Of a DNA stretch of 64,000 nt, positions 1 to 9,631 are shown one piece after another (position 1 is the stretch's first letter; every line of letters begins with the position of its first letter). Both the position numbers and the translations under genes were made by a program. The notes below the pieces were generated by a model that was not told the DNA's origin, did no database searches, and saw nothing but the letters and a program-made list of their open reading frames with translations. The stretch is from Octopus vulgaris (Eukaryota): assembly GCA_951406725.2 (NCBI GenBank), contig OX597820.1:29016001-29080000 (forward strand). The letters run 5' to 3'.

Positions 1-270
1 ATACATGGCATGATGGAAGGCCTTAAGAACTTCTTTATTATCTCCTCTAGACCATTTTTCATTCTTTTTCTTTTTTATTTGATGATGAGTGTGGATGGCA
101 ATCTGTTGGAATATTCTGGTGGTGGGGTACTTTCAGCTCCTGTGTTTCGGGAAGATTTGAACCAGTAGCTGATTTTTCGTACAGTCTGGTTCCTCACTGG
201 GGTACGCGACCTTTGTTTATCCGGGTGACGGCCGATCTGGTTTGTATTCTGTTTTGTTATCACTTACACA

Positions 271-375
271 TGACGAGCTTGGACGCTGACATTAGGAGAC
301 GGATCTGTCTGTCTAGAGTTAATTTTTTGAGACAGCACAGCCTCCGAGTTCTCTGAAGAAAAACATTGCTCGTAA
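271..375 (+). ncRNA. Degenerate hammerhead-like motif with non-circularly permuted segment order
   Basis: CTGTCTGTC(305-313) pairs with ACAGCACAG(332-340); AGAGTT(315-320) pairs with AGTTCT just before CTGAAGA(353-359); AATTTTTT before GAGA pairs with AAAACATT after the core; outer ACGAGC/GCTCGT helix. GAAA reads GAGA and there is an extra T after GTC. Confidence 0.4.
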
Positions 376-948
376 CGTAGCTTCTTAAGGCTAACAGATT
401 TGTATTCGTCTGTATTTATTTGTTGATAGATTTATCCCCGGGCATAGTGTTTTTTTTTTTTTTTGGTGGGGGTGTTTTTAAACTTATGAATTGTTTACAC
501 TGTCTGTGTTAGTTCGAAAAATAAAAAAAAAAAGTTTTTTTTCGTTTGTAACACGTGCTTTCATATGCGTGTATGTGTCCTGTAAATTTCAGGTAGTTGT
601 GTAAACATTAGGATATATGTGTAGTCCTATGGTTATTAAAATTTATATATGATTGTGTAGACAGTGTACTTACTGTTTTGTTTCACTTATATTTTATAAT
701 TTGTAAACTTTCCGATGTTGATTTCGAATGTGTCTTTCGCATATGTTTCACTGATACATCGTGCATGGGAGAAACTGTGCTTTGTATGGCAGTAAAATTT
801 CGTTTTTGTGATTATTTTCGTTAAAGGGCCGCATCCTTCAAGTCTTCCACAGAATTCTTTATCCCATTCCACCGATGTTATTAGATTATATTTGTTTTTG
901 AATGGGCAGCCCGATGTAGCGCATCCATGTTGTTATTCAGCGCGGAGC

Positions 949-1020
<72 letters not shown>

Positions 1021-1024
<4 letters not shown>

Positions 1025-1547
1025 TAGTTTTATTTTTATAGCGTGCTTTCACTTCACTACCGAGCGCAGCTCTGTGTGCCTTGGGTATGTGCTGTGATTT
1101 GTTGTGATGCTCTGATGGTTATTGTATGGAAAGTGTTCTACGTAGGATGTGTGCAGTGCCTAGTAGTGCAATTTTCTGTATGTTATATGTGTTTGTAAGT
1201 CCTGGTGTTTTTGTTATGCATTTGTCTGAATATTTTTTATCATGCCTAATGCACCTACTATGATAGGAATTGTTTCTGTTTTCAGATTCCACATTCTGGT
1301 TACCTCTATTTCCAGGTCTTTGTATTTTGAAAGTTTCTCCATTTCTTTTAGAGAAACGTTGTCATCTGCCGGTATTGATACATCAATTAGAAAGCATTTT
1401 TTTCTTCATGATCTCTGACAACTATATCTGGTCTGTTGGCCTTAATTTCTCTATCTGTGTGTATTGGCATATCCCAGAGTATGGTTGCTTTCTCGTTTTC
1501 TGTGACCTTTTCTGGTGTGTGCCTATACCATCTTTTTTCTGTTGCTT
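1021..1547 (-). mobile_element. 5'-truncated R4/Dong-clade non-LTR retrotransposon (restriction-like endonuclease C-terminus plus 3' UTR) in a (TAA)n tract
   Basis: Minus strand translates as WYRHTPEKV..ILWDMPIHTDREIKANRPDIVV..CFLIDVSIPADDNVSLKEMEKLSKYKDL..PIIVGALG..QKIALLGTAHILRRTLSIQ* (PD..D RLE motif; one frameshift); TTA repeats on both sides. Confidence 0.9.
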
Positions 1548-1559
1548 ATTATTATTATT

Positions 1560-1660
1560 ATTCTATGTTTGACTTTTGCTTTATGTCTGTACAAGTTGGC
1601 TCCAAGTCTCACCCAGAGACCTCAAGAGACAACAGGTTGGAAGTTCTGTGCCATATATTT
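1560..1660 (-). mobile_element. Probable 3' UTR of a second (TAA)n-associated LINE family
   Basis: Minus strand ..GAGGTCTCTGGGTGAGACTTGGAG..CAAACATAGAATAATAA ends in TAA repeats next to the Dong-type copy; no coding sequence retained. Confidence 0.3.
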
Positions 1661-1796
1661 GGGGGGTTTTGGGGGGGGTTGATGTTGTACTAGTGAATGT
1701 CTAATACATAAAAATAAAAAAAATTTAAAAATTAAAAATAAAAGAAAAAAATTTAAAAAATGTTTTTTTTAATAAAATAAAAAAAATAATAAAAAA

Positions 1797-1840
<44 letters not shown>

Positions 1841-1846
1841 CATTAT

Positions 1847-1877
<31 letters not shown>

Positions 1878-1990
1878 ATTATTATTATTATTATTATTAT
1901 CATCATGATTATTGTTGTTATTATTATCGTTGTTATTATTATTGTTATTATTATTATTATTTTTATTTTTATTGTTATTATTATTATTAT

Positions 1991-2276
1991 TCAGTAGTTT
2001 TATTTTTATAGCGTGCTTTCACTTCACTACCGAGCGCAGCTCTGTGTGCCTTGGGTATGTGCTGTGATTTGTTGTGATGCTCTGATGGTTATTGTATGGA
2101 AAGTGTTCTGCGTAGGATGTGTGCAGTGCCTAGTAGTGCAATTTTCTGTATGTTATATGTGTTTGTAAGTCCTGGTGTTTTTGTTATGTATTTGTCTGAA
2201 TATTTTTTTATCATGCCTAATGCACCTACTATGATAGGAATTGTTTCTGTTTTCAGGTTCCACATTCTAGTTACCT
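1991..2276 (-). mobile_element. Second, shorter copy of the R4/Dong-type 3' end
   Basis: Near-identical to 1021-1305; both ends in TTA repeats. Confidence 0.9.
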
Positions 2277-2791
2277 ATTATTATTATTATTACTATTATT
2301 ATTATTTTTAGTATTATTACCATTACTACTACTACTACTGCTACTACAACTACTTTTATTACTATTATTATTTTCGTCGTTGCAACTATTACTATTATCA
2401 TTATCATTTTATTTGAATATATCAATTCCTGACGACATCTGTATGAATCTGTACGAGCAACGTAAACCTCTCAGTAATCTATTATATTGTCACCGCTAAC
2501 TTCAGTATTTCTTTCAGAGACGATAATGAGAACAAAAGAATGACGCTTGCAGATTTAGGCTAATCATCATCAGCATCATATTATTTTCACAAACTCTTGC
2601 AGTCAATATACGTAGACGATCACGAATAGGCGGAATTGTGTATATCTATGATTGATATCTATTAGTTGTAATCGAACTTTCAAAGAAAACACTTCTGTTC
2701 AAAGTATTATTAGAAACACGCAACAGAAAACATGGTGCTTATGAAGATACATGACGGCATATGTATGTATGTATGTATGTATGCTTGTATA

Positions 2792-2833
<42 letters not shown>

Positions 2834-2864
2834 AACATACATATATATATATATATATACACAC

Positions 2865-2895
<31 letters not shown>

Positions 2896-2900
2896 CACAC

Positions 2901-2970
<70 letters not shown>

Positions 2971-2973
<3 letters not shown>

Positions 2974-3113
2974 CGTGATCACCGTGACCGACCAGGCTGT
3001 CAGATGTTGCTACACATCGCTGGTCACAATTTCGCTCAATAAACACTCACAACACCCGGTCGAAATCGAAACCGCGAGTCCGCTGCCCTAACCACTGGGC
3101 CATTGCGCCTCCA
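2971..3113 (-). mobile_element. SINE family C (tail 1), internally deleted
   Basis: Head GGAGGCGCAATGGCCCAGTGGTTAGGGCAGCGG and tail GTCACGGTGATCACGGTG running into (AT)n; matches 17777-18098. Confidence 0.85.
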
Positions 3114-3134
3114 CACACACACACACACATATAT

Positions 3135-3960
3135 ATGACTCTACACTGTTTGTCTCTCTCTCTTACATTTACTTCGCATTCTACGTTGATCTGTCCCCTT
3201 CTCTCTCTCTTCTCTCTACTCATCCTCCTTTTCTCTTGCCTCTGATTCTTTGGTCTACTCTTCCCCTACCCTTCCATTTCTTTGTCTTGCCTTGCACTCA
3301 CAGGTCAATCTTTGACACCCATCCCTTCTCCCCTCTCTAATTCCTTCTTTCTCTCTCTTCTCCCCCCTTGTTGCTTTCGTCCCTCTTCTCTCTCTCTTCC
3401 TTCCTTTGCCTCCCTTTCTTTTCTTTTCTTTTCTCTCTTCTCCGTCACGTGACTGCTGGCCAAAATCCGCCTTTCGGCCTCTGACCAGCGCCGTGACAAC
3501 ATCGTTGTCCTTGTTCGCCGTTAAGGCTTCGCCGTTAAGGCTTCGCCGTTAAGGCTTCGCCGTTAAGGCAATTTTTCCAAAATACGCCAGCTAAACTTGT
3601 TTGCACTGTTATTAGTCGTAAGACACCTGCTGTTTTTACCATTATCGCTTTTGTATTTCATTATTGTTTTTTGTTTTTTATATTCGCGTGGCACCGTCCG
3701 TTTTGCTGTCCCTGTGTTCGTATGCATTCGATCCTTCTTCCAGGAAATCTACGCTCCTAGCTTAGTTTTTCTAATGCTCGTTGCTTAGTTTTTCCTGGAG
3801 GGCTGGCCGGATCTAGTAATCTCAAGATTAATCAGCCGAAATTACTACGATGATCCGGTTCTTGACTGAAGACTGAGGGCTTCGAATGTCCTGTCTGTGT
3901 TTGTTGTATCGCCTTCTAAGTGTTATGCGTTCTTGTCACAGTTTGTATTTTTTTTACATA
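3135..3960 (+). mobile_element. Non-coding repeat F (CT-rich tract plus permuted HHR-like motif, 3' end at (TA)n)
   Basis: Colinear homology with 52776-53470 on the minus strand (CGTGAC..TGGCC, GCTTAGTTTTTC, CTCAAGATTAATCAGCC, TGCGTTCTTGTC..TTTGTATTTT). Confidence 0.75.
3801..3888 (+). ncRNA. Candidate non-circularly permuted hammerhead ribozyme
   Basis: TAGTAAT-C(3821)-TCAAGA .. CAGCC-GAA-ATTACTA .. TCTTGA-CTGAAGA(3866-3872): stems III and I close exactly on the three core segments. Confidence 0.6.
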
Positions 3961-3962
3961 TC

Positions 3963-4011
<49 letters not shown>

Positions 4012-4014
<3 letters not shown>

Positions 4015-4223
4015 CGTGATCACCGTAACCGACCAGACTGTCAGATGTTGCTACACATCGCTGGTCACAATGCGTTCGCATTGTTTTAGCTTTCGAATGA
4101 CGCCACCCCGCTGGCTAAGCGAGCAGGCCAACAGAAGAAAGAGTGAGAGAAAGAGTGGTGAAAGAGTACAGCAGGGATCACCACCCCCTGCCGGAGCTTC
4201 GTGGAGCTTTTAGGTGTTTTCGC
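4012..4223 (-). mobile_element. SINE family C (tail 1), 5'-truncated
   Basis: Matches the body and tail of 17777-18098; 3' end in (AT)n. Confidence 0.85.
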
Positions 4224-4473
4224 TTTTAGGAGGATAAATTCATGAAATGAAAATCAAAAACGTTTACAAACTCAGCTCATCTTGTACTGCAGTTTCGTCT
4301 TTTATCTACCAAGGCTAGACTCTTTTGCGTATCTAGTACTTGCTTCTTCTTTTAGAGGCCTTTTAATGTAATTATATATGAATAACATATAGTCTAATGA
4401 CTAATTTGTCTTTTGTGCTAGATCACTGGTAATAATAATTTATTTTATAACTCTTTTTACTATGTTTACATAT

Positions 4474-4645
4474 AGGCGCAGGAGTGGCTGTGTGGTAAGT
4501 AGCTTGCTAACCAACCTCATGGTTCCGGGTTCAGTCCCACTGCGTGGCATTTTGGGCAAGTGTCTTCTGCTATAGCCCCGGGCCGACCAAAGCCTTGTGA
4601 GTGGATTTGGTAGATGGAAACTGAAAGAAGCCTGTCGTATATGTG

Positions 4646-4696
<51 letters not shown>

Positions 4697-4900
4697 ATGT
4701 GTGTGTGTGTGTGTTTGTCCCCCTAGCATTGCTTGACAACCGATGCTGGTGTGTTTACGTCCCCGTCACTTAGCGGTTCGGCAATAGAGACCGATAGAAT
4801 AAGTACTGGGCTTACAAAGAATAAGTCCTGGGGTCGACTTGCTCGACTAAAGGTGGTGCTCCAGCATGGCCGCAGTCAAAATGACTGAAACAAGTAAAAA
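4474..4900 (+). mobile_element. SINE family B, full length
   Basis: tRNA-like head (TGGCTGTGTGGT..GGTTCAGTCCC), CORE-like TTGGGCAAGTGTCTT, internal TA/TG microsatellite, tail GACTGAAACAAGTAAAA; more than 10 copies in the window. Confidence 0.9.
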
Positions 4901-5064
4901 AAAAAATATTACTCGATAAATTTGCTCGTAGACCTTCTACTGGCATCCTCTCTGTTCGCCGGGTATGTTTTGCGTCTGCGCACTGGTCTGAAAAGTTAGA
5001 GAATGCAAGTCCTTAGAATCGCACATGCTTCTAACGATATGTACTTCTAGGATAACAAAGGCTG

Positions 5065-5135
5065 CTTGCTGAAGAGTCTAGCCTTGGCAGATAAATTATA
5101 TTCATCTGCTAAATAAGACGAAACTGCAGTACAAG
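5065..5135 (+). ncRNA. Type I hammerhead ribozyme
   Basis: CTTG-CTGAAGA-GTCT..AGAC-GAAAC-TGCA-GTA-CAAG; all core bases intact; palindromic stem III ACTGCAGT; stem II extended by TTGGCAGAT/ATCTGCTAA. Confidence 0.85.
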
Positions 5136-5213
5136 ATGAGCTGAGTTTGTAAATGTTTTTGATTTTCATTTCATGAATTTATCCTCCTTTTGTGTATCTA
5201 GTACTTGCTTCTT

Positions 5214-5294
<81 letters not shown>

Positions 5295-5300
<6 letters not shown>

Positions 5301-5520
5301 ATTACAGCGTGGAAGGTGTTTATAATCCATTTAATAAACACAAGAACCGCGGTCTCAAAGCGACGAAAATATTTTGACAAATTAAATTTAAATGTTGAAG
5401 TGAACCTAACGGTTTTTGTGTTTCTTAAATGGATTATAAACACCTTCCACGCTGCAATTGTTTTCGTTCCAGCACACGATCTCAGATCAAGTCACTCGCT
5501 ATGCAAGTACATCTCCGTAA
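5295..5520. repeat. Fold-back element between (TA)n tracts
   Basis: 55-bp inverted arms 5295-5349 and 5410-5464 with a few mismatches. Confidence 0.85.
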
Positions 5521-6390
5521 TATATATATATAGGTAGTCGAGCGGTTCGGTAAAGATACACAGATAGAATTAGTATAACGCTTTGCAAAGAATAAGTCCT
5601 GGGGTCAATTTACTCGACTAAAGGCGGTACTCCAGCATGGCCACAGTCAAATGACTGAAACAAGTAAAAGAGAGTAAAGAGAGAGATATGAGTGAATGTA
5701 CGTATACATGTGTGTGTGTGTGTACGGAGAGAGAGAGGGAGAGAGGGGGAGATGGGAGAGGGAGAGAGAGAGAGAGAGAAATAGTACATAGATGTACATA
5801 AATATTGGCAGTACATTCACTGTTCATCTATTCGACATATATGGACTGACGTTAATAATACATTCCTCCGAGCTCTTTATCTTTTTCATCTATTCGAAAA
5901 GTGGAATCATTCTCGAAGTATTATAGTAACATTAAGCAACCCATATAAGATAACACAATGTTCCCCCCACCCTTTGTTGATATCCTCTTACGTATTACCC
6001 ACACTACTCAAAGATTTTTATTCAAACATTTAATCATTTACACATATTACAAAATTTCAAGTAAATTACATTGCTTTTTCTAAACATATAATACATCATA
6101 TAATATAATATATCATATTGTATTACATTAGCAAAAACAAGTGCGATTCCTATCAAGAAAATAACATCTCAACATAATCCCATTAAACATAAGCGGCACT
6201 CATCTAGAGCCCTCACAATCGTTCATAATGCTGGGCCTAACTATGCACAAGAATCTCTAGGGCCGTATCTCAAAAGTAGCCCTTCACTTCAAAGCCAGCA
6301 AATGTTTAAGTCCCCAACAGATTGAACATAATACAATGCTCAAAGGAGGACCGCCAATGAGTATTGACCTGCTAATATACAGACAGCCAT

Positions 6391-6782
6391 CAAAGGCGGC
6401 AAGCTGGCAAAAACGTTAGCAGGCCGTGCGAAAAGCCTAGCGGTATTTCGTCTGTCTTTACGTTCTGAGTTCAAATTCCGCCGAGGTCAACTTCGCCTTT
6501 CATCCTTTCGGGGTCGATAAATTAAGTACCAGTTACGCACTGGGGTCGATGTAATCGATTTAATCCGTTTGTCTGTCCTTGTTTGTCCTCTCTGTGTTAT
6601 GGGTAGTAAAGAAATAAGTATTTCGTCTGTCATTACTTCTGAGTTCAAATTCCACCAAGGTTGACTTAGCCTCTCATCCTTTCGGGCTCAATAGATTAAG
6701 TACCAGTTAGGTACTGGAGTCGATCTAATCGACTTGCCCCCTCCCCTAAAATTTCGGGCATTGTGCCTAGAGTAGAAAAGAA
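6391..6782 (+). mobile_element. SINE family A head-to-tail dimer
   Basis: Head AGGCGGC.AGCTGGCA, B-box-like GAGTTCAAATTCC, core GCCTTTCATCCTTTCGGGGTCGATAAATTAAGTACCAG; TSD AATATACAGWCAGCCAT at 6374 and 6781. Confidence 0.9.
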
Positions 6783-7666
6783 TATACAGTCAGCCATTTC
6801 CGCCAGCTCTCTAAGGAGAGGCATTTGACTGACTGGCATTCCATCATAAACAGATACATTAATGCTGCTGGTCCACAGACTTGCTGTCTCTTCTCCCTGC
6901 TTTTCTGATCACAACTATAATGATGTCTATGAATCCCCATGACCTATTGATCCGGGTGTTGCACTCACGATGGCGAGAGCGTGGTTTCAACTCCTGGTGT
7001 GTTTTGTTCTTGCGTAAAACTCTCCATATCACACTGCTTTGTAATCACTTCAATAACTTACGTGTGGTACACCGTGGGCCTCCTCGGACAACGTCGATTT
7101 GATGGAGCGAAGCGAACTAATATACAGCAGAAACATTTGATCACTATAATCAAATCATTTGAGCTGGCTATTCAGCAAGAAATTGCAGAACAGTCTTTCT
7201 CATTCTGCGAGAAACTGCCATCATAATGGCCTCTGCATCTCCGAGCTTGATAGTTACCTTTTTCCACCACAGAAACATCAATCTTCCTCCTATACGTCTT
7301 TCTATCCTTCGTCCAAGCGCTCTGCCCTCACACTAATTGCTATGGTCAATCTTTGCTCCACGGAACATCATGTCCCTGGAATCTCCTCGTAGAACATGCC
7401 TTTCCTGCATGTGCTTATCTACAACAGCATCTGTCATAATCACCGGTCTCAGAGATCTTGCAAGATTTTATAAACATCACCTGTTCCTCCAGATGCACCG
7501 TTTAAATTGGAGTGACGGTGGACGGTGCAGCTGCAGTCGACTTGTATTGATCTTTTGCAGAATAGACTGGAAGAAACGAGGAATGGACTGCCTTAGTCAG
7601 GTCGTCCACACGCCGTTCAACACACGAATCAAACCCACGACCATGCGAACCACAAAGTGATGCGCC

Positions 7667-7699
<33 letters not shown>

Positions 7700-7721
7700 C
7701 ATGTAAACATATGTGTTGGTG

Positions 7722-7791
<70 letters not shown>

Positions 7792-7923
7792 TGTGTGTAT
7801 GTGTGTATGTGTGTGTATGTATGTATATGTATATATAGTTGAAATTTACAGAAAAACAAAAGACGAAGACAACTATCAACAGCAAACAGGTGTATTAGTT
7901 TAACGCTCAGGTAGGCGAGAAAG

Positions 7924-7961
7924 TCTTTTACGTTTCGAGTCTACACACTTCAACAGAAAGG
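7924..7961 (-). ncRNA. Minimal type I HHR-like motif, family G (core CUGUUGA)
   Basis: Minus strand CCTTT-CTGTTGA-AGTGTGTAGACTC-GAAACGTA-AAAGA; homologous to 63067-63104. Confidence 0.55.
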
Positions 7962-8198
7962 AACAGGAGGAAATACACAGAGAGAGAATAAAATAACTTT
8001 TGGAGCTAGCGGTGAATCATGATATACAAGCGGTTGTCAAGCGATGTTGGAGGGGAAAAACACAGCCACACATACATATATATATATATACATATATACG
8101 ACGAACTTCCTTCACTTTCCGTCTACCAAATCACTCACAAGGCTTTGGTCGGCCCGAGACTATAGTAGAAGACACTTGCCCAAAGTGCCTCGCAGCTG

Positions 8199-8235
<37 letters not shown>

Positions 8236-8423
8236 CATATGCACCTTTGTCTTCGGTAGAAAAATTCGAAGACATAAAACGGTACTATCCGTTATAAAAT
8301 ATCTTTCATGATAGAATTATTTTATCATTCTCTACCTTGTCTTATTTTCCTTGTGACCGCGTGTGTGCCCTCGGCGATTTTTTTTCCTCCGCCTTCCCTT
8401 CTCTGGATCTTTCTTTTTCCTAT

Positions 8424-8458
8424 GTTTCTGACGAAGAGCTCCGCTCGAAACGTAAAAC
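8424..8458 (+). ncRNA. Minimal type I hammerhead ribozyme, family G
   Basis: GTTT-CTGACGA-A-GAGC TCC GCTC-GAAACGTA-AAAC; palindromic ACGT in place of stem III, as in Penelope-associated minimal HHRs. Confidence 0.8.
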
Positions 8459-8604
8459 CCTCCTTCTTCCCTTCCTTCCTGAGCGTCCAATAATACTATA
8501 TTTGTTCCACGTCCTCGCGTTGTGTTTTCTCTTTGTGTTTTCATATTTGGATTGACACACATACATACATATAAATATATACACACATACATACATACAT
8601 ACAT

Positions 8605-8661
<57 letters not shown>

Positions 8662-8965
8662 TACATACATACATACATACATACATACATACATACATAC
8701 ATACATACATACATACATACATACATACATACATACATACATACGTACGTACGTACGTACGTACGTACGTACGTATATGTAAATGTCGAAAGATGAAAAT
8801 TACCGCTCAACACCGCAATAATGGATAAAATTTCTTTATCTCTGTATTAAAGCTATCATTGTTTTTCTTAACATGAAACCAATAGTTGCCTTAGTACATA
8901 TATGTGTGTGTGTGTGCTTGCGTGTATCTATATATATGTATGTATATGTGTGTATATATATATAT

Positions 8966-9368
8966 TACTCTTTTACTTGTTTCAGTCATTTGACTGCGGC
9001 CATGCTGGAGCACCGCCTTTAGTCGAGCAAATCGACCCCGGGACTTATTCTTTGTAAGCCCAGTACTTATTCTATCGGTCTCTTTTGCCGAACCCCTAAG
9101 TGACGGGGACGTAAACACACCAGCATCGGTTGTCAAGCAATGCTAGGGGGGGACAAACACAGACACACAAACATATACACACGCATACATATATATATAC
9201 ATATATACGACAGGCTTCTTTCAGTTTCCGTCTACCAAATTCACTCACAAGGCATTGGTCGGCCCGAGGCTATAGCAGAAGACACTTGCCCAAGATGCCA
9301 CGCAGTGGGACTGAATCCGGAACCATGTGGTTGGTTAGCAAGCTACTTACCACACAGCCACTCCTGCG

Positions 9369-9371
<3 letters not shown>
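8966..9371 (-). mobile_element. SINE family B, full length
   Basis: Reverse complement of the 4474-4900 type. Confidence 0.9.
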
Positions 9372-9427
<56 letters not shown>

Positions 9428-9588
9428 GTTTATGTATGTGTGCATATTTTACATACATACATGCATACATATATACATATATGTATAAAGATACAAAGAT
9501 ATATATATATGGGTATATCACATATACATACAAATATATCCACATAAATCGTTGTATTTATGTATATAAATATGTATATACATATAAG

Positions 9589-9631
<43 letters not shown>

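Larger units (their letters stand above)
4228..5220 (+). mobile_element. HHR-bearing non-coding retroelement (Penelope pLTR/retrozyme-like), interrupted by a SINE
   Basis: About 28-bp terminal direct repeat TTGYGTATCTAGTACTTGCTTCTTCTTTT (about 4325 and 5190); inverted truncated copy of 5072-5189 at 4228-4325; HHR at 5065-5135; ends in (TA)n. Confidence 0.75.

Noticed and set aside
2710-3091. ORFs rich in YI, CV, HT, MYVC (here and throughout)
   Set aside because: Stop-free readings of (TA)n, (TG)n and (TACA)n microsatellites.
4873-4900. SINE B tail CAGTC-AAAT-GACTGAAACAAGTA as a hammerhead 3' half
   Set aside because: No CUGANGA-like segment or stem I complement in any copy; more simply a LINE-derived 3' stem-loop.
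7230-7600. Decayed RTE-type ORF2 fragment
   Set aside because: Only vague peptide resemblance; too degraded to support.
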